Origin: Octopus sinensis
Lineage: Eukaryota
Assembly (NCBI RefSeq): GCF_006345805.1
Contig: NC_043004.1
Span: 30,628,001-30,692,000, forward strand
DNA: 64,000 nt
Direction of reading: 5' to 3'
Program-made: the position numbers and the translations under genes
Shown here: positions 24,780 to 39,304 of the stretch, piece by piece
How the letters are laid out: each line of letters opens with the position of its first letter
How positions within the stretch are numbered: the stretch's first letter is position 1
The notes under the pieces: generated by a model
What the model saw: the letters and a program-made list of their open reading frames with translations, nothing else
Told to the model about the DNA's origin: nothing
Database searches by the model: none

Positions 24780-27263
24780 TACCATCACCTGCTACCCTGG
24801 GCGCCATTAGAAGATCCCACTCTGTTGCAAGTATTTGAGCTAGGGTCTCTGGTTTGAGGACCCTACTTCCTAGTCTTGGATGTCCTATGAATGGTCATGG
24901 GCAGTCTCATTTTCTGACTAAAACATTAAAGTTTGAGCTGAGGAAAGATAAAGATGGAAATTTCTCTACTTCTACTTCAAACCTTTCAACACCCTGTCCT
25001 AGGTTGGGCAAGGGCCCTCCCCAAGAAAGGATCTGGCCCATCATTCTAGAAACTATTCTAATTTAATGTCCTGCTTCTATGATTTGCCCACTATTTAAAA
25101 AAAATTTTTTCTGTTTTCAGAACATATCTAATTAATTGTTAAACTGCCTAAAAGTTTAACCACCAATTGCACAATTGCGCACTTTTCTGGTCTAATATGT
25201 AAGTGTGCTTGCAGTTCTAATGGTCTTCCCTGGTTTATTAACAGAACGTCTATAGTTTTAATGATGCTTCCAAGTATCTGAGAATTGATCCACAATCTTT
25301 AAACAGTATTCCCAGGGGCCAAAGAGTCTAATTATTTCTAATGGTCTATTGTTTAAAGATATAACAACTTTAACGACTCACATTTCCCTTATAGTACCTA
25401 TTCATAGCTAGATAGACAGATCCAACTAGAGTTAAGTGTATGAATGCAGTGCAGTATTGGATGGCAGGTACACACAAAGAGATCACAAAACAAACATTTC
25501 TTCAGACGATATGCTGATATTTTATTCATTTGGCTATTTACAAATTTCTCTCACCTACAGGATATAATTTATTTGTTAAAAGCTTCGATCTCTCGTTCCT
25601 TTTTCTCTTTCACTCTCACAATCATTCCCTTTCTTTGTCCTACCTTCTCTCTTTCCTTCCTTCCTTCTCTCTCTCAAGCTCTTATCCTCCTCCTGTTTCC
25701 CTTTTGTCTTCTTTCTTCCATTGATCATGTCTAAATAGGAAGAGCAATTTAAGACAAAATAATTAATGCATTAATACCAAACGTTCAGGAAATTTCTGTA
25801 ATTATAAGAGCTGGCCAATATCACTGTGTGATATATTCACAGTAGACTGTATTCGATATCAGAGGCTTCCTTATCGATATCACACACAAAAAGCAGAATC
25901 AGCAGGCAGGCTGTTATCTCACATCACATATCAGGATGTTCGTTGTTATTTCCTTTCAAAGAGATCTTTAGAGAAAGATATTTAGAAAGTCAATATATAC
26001 ACAAGAGGATTGCACACACACATACACGCGCATGTATGAATCCATACATACACACACACATATGTATGTATGTATATACACATGTACAATCATGCACATA
26101 TACATACATACACACATATGTGTGAATGTGTGGGTGGGGTGTAAACTCTAGAAGTAATGAAACAGTGAAAGAATGCAGATAGTTCCCGGGAAATGATATG
26201 AAATTGCTTTAGGTGATTATAATAATAAGAAATATATACAATGGTACAGCTAGATATGTAAAGCCTTATACATGTATGGATGTCTAAAAGCACTTATGTG
26301 CAAATATGTTCAAATATATCTGCATAAACCGCTGTGTAGTAGTGAACATTAACGGCAAAACATGTAAAAGACATATAAGAGGAACAAACGAAAATTTAGT
26401 CCTCCTCAGCCATCTTGTCAGGGATTCAGGTAGTTTTGACACCTTGAAATAGACTTGTCACTTTAATGGCATCAAAAATTGGTGGTTGCTAGGCAATTGA
26501 TTCAGAGGGGAAGAAACACGAAAATGAGTAAAACATGTGGTAAAGTATAAGGGACTAGGAAGAAGAAAATGCAAGAACAGATAACGAAAATAGAGTCAAG
26601 TCTAGTAACTTGTAAGAAAAAAAAAAGAAAAATGAGAGCAGGAGGATACATGTGGCTGGAAAGAGTCGTTGGAGAGGTCACAGATATGCGACGAAAGATT
26701 TCCAGACAAAAGATAAAATAAGAACAATAATAAGCGTGTGAAGATCGAATATATAGTGCGTGTGCTTATGTGGCAAAAAGGAAACGGAAAATGACCATCC
26801 CGAAATATAACAATATCTGTTTCAACACACGGTTTCACATCAGGAATTTTGCAAAACAAATTCATAAACGAAATAAAGCATAGCAATACTGTAATGCAAC
26901 AAGTACGACGTGGAAGGGGGAAAGATGACAAGTTGATTGGGTGGTGTCTTTAAACAAATAACACAGAAGGATACATCTGTTGGTTTGATGAGATGAAAAT
27001 TAAGGAATAATTTGTTGTGGCTTGAGTGAGAGCATGATATGGCAAGCAGGGAACGAAAAGAGGTAAAGTAGATAGGTAGAAAATCACGTTGCTGTAGAAA
27101 GTGAAATGTAAAGTGAGAGAAGATAGAAAGGAGCAAGAAGAGAGAGGTGGGAGGAGCGTGAGAATGTCACAGCAGTTAGAATAATGGAAATTACAAATGC
27201 AAGAAAAATTAGGTCGGCAGCCATGAAAGCAAAGTGTGCACGGAAAATGAAAACACGTAACAG

Positions 27264-27337
<74 letters not shown>

Positions 27338-27384
27338 ATATATATATATATATATGTATGTATATATATAATGTAAAATGAGAC

Positions 27385-28170
27385 AACAAAGCCAAGGCTG
27401 TGTGGAATTTTCAGGACACTTATAAAGAAAAAGTTAGTCTTACAGCTGTTTCTGGGATATTAAGGATATCTCTTCATCAGAGACGATGTGAGATGGTTAA
27501 AAAGAGGGAAATATTAGAGTTCAATATGGGAGTTATTTTCGAAAAGGAAGCAAATAAAGAGTATATAGGGAAATAGGAGAATGAATGTAGAAATAGAAAT
27601 AAAAACGTATAAAGATGTTATATTTGCAGTTCCATTATCCAAGGAAAGTGGTGTGAAGAAGTCGTAGAAATGCTTCCTGTCCATGGTATGTAAATTAATG
27701 TTTTGTCATCACAAATAGAAAGTGTGGAGACGTTGATTCCATGTGCTGTTCATTCAAAGGGGTCTTGTGGTGTGAATGAAAAAATTTGAGAGAGGAGAGA
27801 AGAGATGTGTATGTTAAAATGAAGTGAGAAGTCAAAGGAAGAGGTGAGGAAAGAAGAAGGAAAGAAAGAGGAAGAGAAAATGAAAACAAGAAGAGGAAAT
27901 GAAAAAGTGTAAGGAAGTGAAAAAGTGTTAGTTGGTGGTCGAGATATTAAGAGAGGGATGGGAGAGGAGTAGGGGAAGGATAGGAAGAGATAAGAATGTA
28001 AGTAATGAACATGTCTGAAGCGTGTGAGGTGGGGTGATATGTCAGAATGGCATTAAGGGATTAGTCAGAAAAGGGTATAGGAGGGAGTGGTTTCCAAAGT
28101 AAGTAGTAAACCACAAAACGGAAAGGAAGAATATTAAAAATGGTCAAGTTTCTATAAATAGACTTATGTG
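27385..28170 (-). mobile_element. Penelope-like element remnant (GIY-YIG C-terminus plus pLTR)
   Basis: Minus-strand HGIN motif near 27750; pyrimidine-rich pLTR-like sequence; HHR H3; adjacent to (TA)n. Confidence 0.5.
27437..27484 (-). ncRNA. Minimal type I hammerhead ribozyme H3 (predicted)
   Basis: gucu-CUGAUGA-A-GAGAUAU/AUAUCCC-A-GAAA-CAGCUG-UA-agac; stem I 4/4; helix III is the palindrome ACAGCUGU. Confidence 0.75.
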
Positions 28171-28335
28171 TTTATTCTATTGGCTAATGTGATAGTGTGG
28201 GTAGAGGAATCAGAGAGAAAGAAAGAAAAGTGTATATTAATATATGCATACACACATGTACATATATATGTGTGTGTGTGTATACACTATAATATAGACC
28301 TGCGAACTTGTGTATTTAAACCCCTACATATGCAT

Positions 28336-28381
<46 letters not shown>

Positions 28382-28839
28382 ACATACATATACACATACA
28401 TGCATATGCACATACATACGCATGCATGCATGCACATACAAACATACATATACACATATATATGCACACACACGCATACATGCGCATGCATGCACAAGCA
28501 CATATACACGCATATATATATATATACACATACATACGCATACACACGTGTATGCATGCCCATATGTGTAGTATTAAACAATAAAAATAAAAATTGGAGA
28601 GTTAAAAAATCTATGCAAAGTCAAGTAGGGTTATTGGGGATTACTTAACTGGTGTTCGGGATATGTGCTGTGTGGTTATTTAGGTTACATTTTGATTTGT
28701 GGCAACATTTGAAGGTACGGAAAAAGCGGTGGTTGCACGTACCTAGGGCCTCATTATATTTATTTAGTAGTATTGAAGAGCTGTGTTTTATTATGTGGAA
28801 TGCCTCTTTTAGACATAACTTACAGGCAGAGTGTTGATC

Positions 28840-29358
28840 TTAGTATGGAATCTCCGAATCTATTGCGGACAATGACAAGATGTAGAGAATATTCCTATTT
28901 TGGGGATGATGTATGTGACTAGTAGGTATTGTGGATTTACTGTGTTTCGTGTATCTTTGTAATTTCGCCTTCTTTCCAATACTGTTTTCCATTTTCACTA
29001 ATTTTGAAAGATTTTGACATGTCTTTCCTGGCCCTTTTTTTTCTTTCCTCGCCAGGTAGTAATTTATCAAAAACTGATTTTACCTTTCTCGCGAAAATCA
29101 GTTCTGCTGGTGTATTCCGGCTCGATGTCACCCTGTACACTCTTAAAAATTGTTGAAGAGTGACTTCGTCTGTGACTTCCTGGTTTGTTTTTCATAAAGC
29201 TATTTTAAATGTATCAAAAAACGTTCTGCCTGTCCACTTGATCTGAGATGGTAAGGCGTCATCGTAATATGTTCTACTGTGAACATTTCACAGAATTTTC
29301 TAAATTCACTGGACTCAAATTGTGTTCCATTATCACACACAATCACGTCTGAGGTCAT
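28840..29358 (-). mobile_element. Ty3/Gypsy integrase fragment
   Basis: DVIVCDNGTQFESSEF...TPYHLRSSGQAERF and TPAELIFARKVKSVFDKL. Confidence 0.85.
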
Positions 29359-29805
29359 AAATAAATATAATAAGGCCCTAAGCACATGCAACCACCAATT
29401 TTTCATACCTTTAAAATTTACCACAAATCTAAAAACAACCTAAATAACCACATACTATAATATCCACAACATCCTGTAGGTAATCCCTAACAACCCTACT
29501 TGTCTTAATTTTAATTTTTAATCTTTAATTTTCTAACTCCCCTACCTTGCTCTAAGGATAACAATCATTTAATATTACATATGTAGACATACAAACGGAT
29601 ACATGTGTGTGTGTAAATGTGTGTATATGTATTTTATGTATATATGTATTTGTATGTGGGTACATGCATGTATATATATATATATATATATATATTAAGT
29701 TAATCCAAACAAGAAAACACAAAAAACACAAAAAAAAAACACAGCAACGCGAGGACGTGGAACAAATAAAGTATTATTGGACGCTCAGGAAAGAAGGGAA
29801 GGAGG

Positions 29806-29840
29806 GTTTAACGTTTCGAGCGGAGCTCTTCGTCGGAAAC
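29806..29840 (-). ncRNA. Minimal HHR-like motif H4 in a PLE-pLTR-like fragment (~29695-29895); U4 replaced by C
   Basis: guuu-CCGACGA-A-GAGC/GCUC-GAAA-CG-UU-aaac; palindromic ACGU helix III; same family as H9. Confidence 0.55.
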
Positions 29841-29907
29841 AAAGGAGAAGGAAAGATCCCAAGAAGGGAAGACAGAGGAAAAAAATTGGTGGCGGTGCTC
29901 ACGAGGT

Positions 29908-29974
<67 letters not shown>

Positions 29975-30650
29975 TATATATTATATATATATATATATGT
30001 ATACGCATATATATGTGCGTGTGTGTGTATGTATGCGTGCATATACATATACACATATGCAAATATATATTCATGAGTGTGTATATGTGTATATACGTAT
30101 ACGTAAGTACCTGCATGCGAGCATGCGTTTGACTGTAAACGCATGTGCGCCTGCGCGTACATATGTGTGTGTGTATGTATAGGCGTACGTATATTTCTGT
30201 ATATATGTGTATGCGTATATGTAAGTATGCATATATTAGAAGGTTTGGAGGTGATGTACAGGTATTATATATTAGAAGAAATAAGGTACTCAGAAATCAG
30301 GATGGCTTTATATTTACAGATTTTTTATTAATATGTCACCTGTTTTTATAAATCATATATTAGCGCTTGCATCCACTCTAGTGAATTCTTCACACATGTA
30401 TATGTATGTAAGTGTATGCATACGTATGTCGTTTTACCTTCTTTCCTCTTCCTTGATTCCTACCTATCACTAACCTATCGCACATGTCTATTTATAGTAA
30501 TTTGACATCCTTGTATTCTTCCCTCCACTTCAAAATTTACAAGCAAAACTACAACACACCTATATATCACCACACCCATATATTTTGTCTACCCATCCCT
30601 AATACAGCTCTGTATATATGTATATATATACATGTATATACATGTGTATG

Positions 30651-30728
<78 letters not shown>

Positions 30729-30808
30729 ATATATATACATACATATATATATATACATATATATGTATATATGTATACATACATATATATATATACATGT
30801 ATATATAC

Positions 30809-31193
30809 GGCGCAGGAGCGGCTGTGTGGTAAGTAGCTTGCTTACCAACCACAGGGTTCTGGGTTCAGTCCCACTGCGTGGCATGTTGGGCAAGTGTCTT
30901 CTACTATAGCCTCGGGCCGACCAAAGCCTTGTGAGTGGATTTGGTAGACGGAAACTGAAAGAAGCCCGTCGTATATATGTATATATATATGTGTGTATGT
31001 TTGCGTGTCTGTGTTTGTCCCCCTAGCATTGCTTGACAACCGATGCTGGTGTGTATACGTCGCCGTCACTTAGCGGTTCGGCAAAATAGACCGATAGAAT
31101 AAGTACTGGGCTTACAAAGAATAAGTCCTGGGGTCGATTTGCTCGACTAAAGGCCGCAGTCAAATGACTGAAACAAGTAAAAGAGTAAAAGAG
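30809..31193 (+). mobile_element. tRNA-derived SINE (family A), young copy with internal microsatellite
   Basis: Head ggcgcaggagcggctgtgtggtaag, B-box-like ggttcagtccc, tail gtaaaagagtaaaagag. Confidence 0.88.
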
Positions 31194-31294
31194 TATATAT
31201 ATAATATATATATATACATACATATATATACATGTATATTATACATATATATATATATATATGTGTATATACATATATATATACATATGTATAC

Positions 31295-31379
<85 letters not shown>

Positions 31380-31419
31380 CGTATATATATATATATGAGA
31401 GAGAGAGAGGTATATTAGA

Positions 31420-33240
31420 TATTTTGCTAAATATCTAAAAGTCTAATATATTTTATTATGTCAAGAGAAAATTTGCTAAAATCCTTCGAAGTTCTTATTT
31501 AAGCAAAAATTGCGAGGTCTTTTGTTTCGTGGGTAGTTTTATCTCTAGATAAGATGTTTAATTATGTGTCTATTGTTTATTTTTATTTTTGACGTCTAAC
31601 GTGCTGCAAGAAAGCTAAGTGCAGTTTCTTCTCTGTGGAATTCGAGACGTATACTGGCCGAAATGGTATTTAGATAGAATTCACATGAGGTTACTCTATA
31701 GTATAGATCTGCTATTGGTTTGGACAGCGCACTAGCATACTATTTTCTGATCGAGATATTTGTATCAAGGGAACAAGTGTTCGCGTTAGTGTAATTTCAG
31801 TTATTGGTAATTTAGTTGGTAGCGGGTTGATTTAATTTGGAATGGCTGAATGAGACAAGAAATTTTACCAATTAGTGGTTTAGGGATGTATGAAGTTTTT
31901 GCTGTATTTTATTAAAGATTCTAACGTGTATATACCTTGGTGGTAAGTATTTCTTAATTAATTTGAAGAAAGGTTTTGTTGCTTGTGGTGGCTTCCTTAA
32001 ATTAACGACGGATTAAACCAAATAGTGTTTCTTTTCCTATTTCTATGGTTTACAGTTCACATGGTATCTTCAATGTAGTTAATTTTCTCTTTGAAACCAC
32101 TTCTATATAGAAAGTTTTAATCTAATGCATAAATCAATCGATAAAATTTGTTTGTTGGCAGAAAGATTAGAAAGTCTAAGAGAAGTATTAACTATGTCGT
32201 TAATAAAGTTCTGAGTATAGTTACATTATGTATATTACTTAAATATTAATTAAGAGAAGGGCAATACTAAGAGCTGTTTGGGTCAAATGTAACGCCTAGA
32301 AAATTATCAGTGGTAAGAATAATCAATATTGTGATCAGAACTCCACCATATTTTGAAAAAGTGATATAGATTTTTACAAGGTCTATTCATTCATTAAATG
32401 GTTATAGTTAAAGAGGGGAAAACCTCCTTTAATATAGGGAAAGCAGTTTTTATAATTTTGAAAGTAAATATAATCTTATGATTTCGTTGAATTAGCTGAA
32501 CTTTTCACGCCCAAACCAAAATCGAAGAAAATGTTAAGTTGTATTTTAATCTACACTTAATTGACGTAATTTACTGTTGTTTTATGTACTTGTAGAATGA
32601 AGTCTATTTTTAAATCCGTGATGTTTATAACATATCTAGAGAAATTAAAGTTATTAAGTAGCGGTTTGGTGATAAAAACACTGTAGTTTTTAATATCTAA
32701 CTTTGAAATTTAGTTGTACTTTTATTTGGGATAATTTGAACTGTTAGATAAATGCATTGCATCAGTCCATAACGGAAAGGGTGATAAGACCTTAAAAGTT
32801 GATATAATTTTCTTTAATAAATGTTTACTAAATCTTGCTATGTCGGTCTTTGTAAGATTAATTAATCTAAAAAAAAAAACAATGGGTTTATTATCAAAGT
32901 TAACTATGCACTTTAAAAATAAAATATGGTTGCTGAGGTGTAATCAGAAGTAATTTTTCTCACCTTGATCATTAATCTCAGTTAGGGTATTGTGAATTAG
33001 TTTTCTTGTAAGATTTGATGACCGAGCTAGATAAGAATTTGTAGTAAGAGATAACAACGCCTTAGTATTTTCATTTGTGCGTGTGTGTGATTGTACGTTG
33101 ACTTTGTTTGAATGTTTAATTTCTCATATCATGGTATCTAAATTCGTCTGGAAGATATTACGCACTTTTTTAATTTGAATCTTTTTGATTAGTGAGAATA
33201 ATTTTCTTCGAATTGTAGTAATAACAGCTTCTTGAAAGGC
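31420..33240 (-). mobile_element. Penelope-like retroelement, heavily decayed RT plus GIY-YIG ORF
   Basis: Minus-strand remnants NFLGVTFD (~32310), NRKRNTIWFNP (~32030) and a cysteine-containing GIY-YIG-like region (~31620-31790); many stops. Confidence 0.7.
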
Positions 33241-35691
33241 AGAGATCTTTTAGATTTATATCCATTTTTGAAGCACTTATTCCAATTTCCATCTTATTTA
33301 TCGAAGTTAAATACACGCCACCTTAGATTTTTAATGAAATTATCGGTTTTCTGTCTGCATGAATCTCACGGAAGGAAAGTAGTATTTATGGCAGAGAAAT
33401 CAATTTGCTGTATCAACATTTTTATGATTTTAGTTTGCAAAGATTACCATAAAGACTAACAAATCTTCGTAATAACAACGTGCAGCACGAATTATAGAGA
33501 CTGTAGAATCACTTTTAAGAAATAAAATTTGGGCATTCCAGACAAACTCTATCATGTACAGTCTGTGATTCCGTGTCTTTGAAAAGCGGCAGTAATTAAC
33601 AATAAGCGGTATCACAATGCCCTGGATGTTAAACGCCAATATCCAGACTGGTTTGGCATATAACAGGTCTAACAAATAGTGTTGTGCTGGACGTGAATTG
33701 AAACACCATTTCTAAGAACACCATTGTAATAAACAACTTCCGGCAGAATAAACTGGAATGTTCCACTTTTGACACGGTTAGTATGTCATTGCTGACCTGA
33801 AGACATCATAGAAGTCTTCAACAACAAGAATACTTTTGTTAAGATGTACTCTCTTCCTGTCAAGGAAACGATGTTATTTGGACATGATTTGCTTTCCTCT
33901 ATGTATGCATATATGCATGCATGTATGTATGTATGTATGTATGTATGTATGTATGTATGTATGTATGTATGTATGTATGTATGTATGTATGCATGCATGT
34001 ATGTATGTATGTATGTATGTAGTATGTATGTATGTACGTACGTATGTATGTATATGTATGTATGTATGTATGTATGTTTGTATGTACGTATGTATGTCTA
34101 TTTGTATGTTTGTATGCATGTATATTTGTAGATAGGTATGTATGCATGTAAGTATATTTGTATATATATATATATATATATATATGTGCATGTATATTTG
34201 TATGTATGTATTTATGTGTGTATGTGTATTGTCTGTCTATGCATGTGTATGTGTATGCAAGCATTTGTATGGATAGGTGGGCTTTTACGTATGCATGTGC
34301 ATACACAGATATGCGTGTATGTACGTACATATGGTGTATGTATGTATGTATGTATGTATGTATGTATGTATGTATGTATGTACGTACGTATGTATGTATA
34401 TGTGTATGTAACTGTTTGAAACTAAAAGGACCAATATTCATTCCATTCAGTCATTAATGCGACAAATAGCAAATTACCTTTAATGGTCGAAGCTATCCAG
34501 CTATGATTGATCAACTGGAATCATTTGAGGGACAGAGAAACGGCATTAGTAAAGCAAATATTATAGTAATGAACGACAAATGAATGCCCTCACTACTCGA
34601 ATGCATCCATCTTAATTATTTACATTATCGTTATCGGTTTATTAGATGTGTATTCCACCGGAGGAAGGAATTTACATATCCAGATGCATATATGAGTGAC
34701 CATATATACATACATACATACATGCATACATACATACAAACATGCATGCATGTATACATACATACATACATACATACATACATACATAAATGCATGCATG
34801 CATGCATGCATACATACATACATACATACATACATGCATGCATGCATACATACATACATACATACATACATACATACATACATACATACATACATACATA
34901 CATACATACATACGTACGTACGTACGTACGTATGTACGTTGTGTGTGTGTGTGTGTATGGAAAAGTTAGCGCCAAGAAGTGTTTAGGCATAAGCAAAATT
35001 TAGGTCAATTAGAATATGTTTTTAGGGCCGTTCAATCCAATGCCATTATAGATGGATAGGCTGCTGTCAAGCCATCTAATGTGACTCACTCAGAAGGCTG
35101 TAATCTCGTTTGGTAGCAAACCCTGATGAAGAACATATAAACAAGGTTGTAACTTTAAATACGTTTACTGCAGCCGCCCGTATATATACACAACTGAATG
35201 AAGGATGGAATGGTTGGTGCGCAGAGGCCATGCTCTTCTGCGGTTTGCTCCTATCGGCAAGCTGGTGTGTGGTATGAGAGAGAACCAGTCAGGTTGCGTC
35301 TTCACAGCTCGCGTTCCAGTGCAGAAAGCGAAAAGAGATGAATGTCTGAACAATAATGTTGCGTAACGCCCTCTATATGTTCAACTTGTTTAACCCGCTG
35401 TCAAGGTGGTGGTGGGGGGCAACTGCGTCTCCAGAGGTCCCCTCTTAGACCGGAAGCGGTCGATTATTAGTAGTGTAGGCGGAGTGTGCACTAAGAGGGC
35501 ACAGAAAAATGAACCATGGCAAAACAGTTGTATGAACAATTGAAAAAATACAATGCAAATATGGAAAACGTTGAGCAACGAAAGGTGTCCAATCAAATAG
35601 AACAAAGTATATGTGTACAATGATACAGAAAGAGAGAAAATGTGGATAGGGTGTCTATAATACATACGTCTATAACAACATACATCATATT

Positions 35692-35753
<62 letters not shown>

Positions 35754-35822
35754 TATATATGTATGTATATATAAATATATATATATAAAGAGAGAAAATG
35801 TGAATGTGGTGTCTATAACAAC

Positions 35823-35865
<43 letters not shown>

Positions 35866-35940
35866 TACACACACACACACACACACACAACGTACATACG
35901 TACGTATGTATGTATGTATGTATAATGCATATATGGTCAC

Positions 35941-36449
35941 TCATTTTCCAAATTTAGGACCCTTTCCAAGTTGTTGAAGATGATGATGAACAATTGTATG
36001 GTTTGAACTAAGCTTTATTGCCAATTCTTCAACTAATAATGCAGGATTTTCTTCAAGTAATGACTCAAGGAGCTTATCATCAAACTCAACTGGACGTCCT
36101 GTTCGATCTTCATCTTCAAGGCTGAAATCGCCACTTCTGAATTTTTCAAACCATCTTCTGCAAGTTCTTTCATTCAAGTATTCTTTCCCATAAACTGACC
36201 GTATGTTTCAAGTCGCTTCGGCTTCAGGGTTTCCTTTTTGTACTCATAAAGCAGTACGTGCCTCAAATGCGCTTTGGATACTTCGTCAAAGAAATTTTAA
36301 TTCTATTATTCTGTAAAATAATATTTAATTAGTTTAAATGTACACAAGAGCATAAAATAATTTTTAATTTCATTAGACTTTCCATAATACTATTAAATTT
36401 CATTCAATTTTAAAAAGGTAAAAACGGACAGAACTTATGGGATGACCTG
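35941..36449 (-). mobile_element. Mariner 5' fragment with one TIR
   Basis: RTCRRWFEKFRSGDFSLEDEDRTGRP; TIR tcaggtcatcccataagttctgtccg. Confidence 0.85.
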
Positions 36450-36457
36450 ATATATGT

Positions 36458-36498
<41 letters not shown>

Positions 36499-36501
36499 TA
36501 T

Positions 36502-36564
<63 letters not shown>

Positions 36565-36614
36565 TGTATATATATATGCATATATATGTGTATATATATA
36601 TATATATATTATAT

Positions 36615-36677
<63 letters not shown>

Positions 36678-36699
36678 TATATATACATATATATACATA

Positions 36700-37050
36700 A
36701 ATATACATGTGTTTATCTTATCGGTCTTCATGCACAACATTTCTGATTGTTTTTTTCTAACACGAATTTCTTTTGCAGTTGACCTCATTGGTTTTCCTGG
36801 CTTATCTTCAATGTTTTGCTTACCTTCTGAATAGGAATGTTTTTTTTTACTTTTTGATACAGGTAATATGCTTTCATCTTCTTTCTCTAACTAAAACGGA
36901 ATCTTGTGGACAAAAGATCTTGCAACTTTCAAGAAACAATAAATTTCTAAATCACCATGATTAGCCTTCAAAGCCACAATCACAACATGCCTTTTCATTT
37001 CATTAGCAAGTGTAGGGCCTGTCATTGTTATTTTCTGAAAGAGAAGTTCA
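36700..37050 (-). mobile_element. maT-like transposase N-terminal fragment
   Basis: EMKRHVVIVALKANHGDLEI..FLKVARSFVHK. Confidence 0.65.
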
Positions 37051-38739
37051 ACATACATACATACATACATACATACATACATACATACATACATACATAA
37101 ATACATACATACATACATACATACATACACACATACATACACACACACATATACACACATATTATTTATATTATTATATGATTGATATGTATATATATAT
37201 CAGACAGGACGAGGTTGAATGGGGTGATTTATATGAAGTTAAGGGTTCTAATATTTATTGTTCTACCTACAGTTTGATATTTAGCTTCTCGAGATATTTA
37301 GAGGATTACTCTCGAGAGATGATGGCAGGTGAATTTAAATGGAAGACACCCTTCGTCTTGTTTCATTTCTAGTTACTTTTTAATTTGTTTTAAACCAAAC
37401 CCAAAATCATTGCTTAAATGCTACATTACATCAATTCAATAAATAAATGCCTTTTTTTATGTCACGAAATATGAATGTTAAATATTCTCTCCTGGTACGC
37501 AACTTTAATGTATTGTAAATATGTTTTTGTGCTCTAAGTTGTAAAATGTAACTATCATTTAATTCCAACCCATTGTCGGTGATATAGCTTTTGCTAAACG
37601 TTATGCAGTAAATGTTTCCTGTTTGAAAATATCAATTTAATATAATGGAGAAGGTTAGCATTTCAGTGTCTATAATATATAAGGAATAATCAGATTCGTT
37701 CAACCAATCTTATTTATGAGAAAAATAATAATTAAGCTCAATTATTGTATTGATGTGTTTAATATACTGAAACACAGAACTAGAATTGATCGCCTGTTAA
37801 TTAATATCCGATAATAATGAAGTAAGTCTGTCCATTTACCGTTGCCATTTAATTTGATTATTGTAATTTATTAAATTAAAAGTGTATAGGATCCAGCAAC
37901 TATCCTCAATATTGCATCAACATTAAGCACCCAGTTGTTCATCTAAGTTGAAGGATGTATAGAAATAAACACTCAATTGTTAATAAAATTTTAATGATGT
38001 ATTGTAATAAACACCCAGTTGTTAATAAAACTGAAAGGGTTTTGTAGCAGGTCTCTGCTTCGATTCGAACCTCTTCAGTTGGATTTGAAGCTATGAGTCA
38101 TAACCTAATAATGTCGCCTTAAAAAACACAGTTACTTGGGAGAACAGACCGCCCATCTTAATGTTTACCGGCCAATCAGCATTATCTGACGCATATCAAC
38201 TAACGGCGGCGAACATCAAAGGAAGGATTTTGCTATGTAAATCGCCCGCAATATGGCAACTCGGTTCTGGAAAGTTTCGCTCATGATTATAAAAGTCTGA
38301 CGATTTGAAGACTCGAACAGAGTCAGCTCAAAATTCCTCCCAAAACATTTTATATAAGTGCGAGAAACCCAGTTTTTCAGGAGGGTGTTCAAAGTGTTTT
38401 CACTGCCTCCCAAAATGTTAGGGGCTGCGATTGCACCCTCTACTCTCATCTTCTACTTGTTCTTTTATAATATACACTGAAAGTACACGTTCGACAAGAT
38501 AAATTATCCTTGTTTTAATGTTGACGTGCATAATCCCTTATTCGACCGACTTATTTCCTCTTATTTCTATTATGATAATGGACACGTAGCCTAAAAGATT
38601 TAACTAGAGCATTTTTTTTTCCCCAAATTGTAAATCTTTTAATATCTCCTTCCTTATAAAAATTTTCTTCGGTATAATAGAATCCTTTCAGTTATAGGTA
38701 CAAGGCTTGAAATCTTTTTTCTTTTTGCAGGGATGAAGG

Positions 38740-38906
38740 TCTCGATCACATCGACCCCAGTGTTCAATTAGTACTTATTTCATCGTCCTTAGAAGGATGA
38801 AAAACAAAGTCAACCTCGGCTGAATTTGAACTCAGAACGTAATGACGGACGAAATGTCACGAAGCATCTTTGTCCGGTGTGCTAACGATTCTGCCAGCTC
38901 GCTGCC
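38740..38906 (-). mobile_element. SINE family B, partial
   Basis: Homologous to 45449-45679 and 54077-54282. Confidence 0.8.
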
Positions 38907-38972
38907 TTGTTCTTCAGTCTAATATAAGACCAGTACATAAAATATACATAACCTGTTTATTATTATATATAT

Positions 38973-39080
<108 letters not shown>

Positions 39081-39207
39081 ATATAACAATTTAGGAATGG
39101 CCTTAACAGGCCATTCGTCCACCAGAGAGAGCACCAGAACTCAAACCGCCAAGCAGTAGTAATTCAGAAATTAGGTGAAAATTTAAAAACGTTTACCCTA
39201 ATTCATC

Positions 39208-39304
39208 TTTTAGACGATGCATCGTTTCTGTGTTTTTAATGATAAACTAGCTTAATTAAATTAAATTAAGCTAATCTACCATAGGTCACACTTCATCAGT
39301 AAAA
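39208..39304 (-). ncRNA. Type I hammerhead ribozyme H5 (predicted; mirror of H6)
   Basis: uuuua-CUGAUGA-A-GUGU...ACAC-A-GAAA-CGAUGCAUCG-UC-uaaaa. Confidence 0.8.

Noticed and set aside
38045-38085. HHR-like CUGAAGA-GGUUCGAAUC-GAAG on the minus strand
   Set aside because: GAAA is altered and no stem I can form
38235-38350. Possible snRNA gene (octamer-like, PSE-like and TATA motifs)
   Set aside because: No recognisable snRNA downstream, and the duplicate at 41.3 kb has a different downstream sequence
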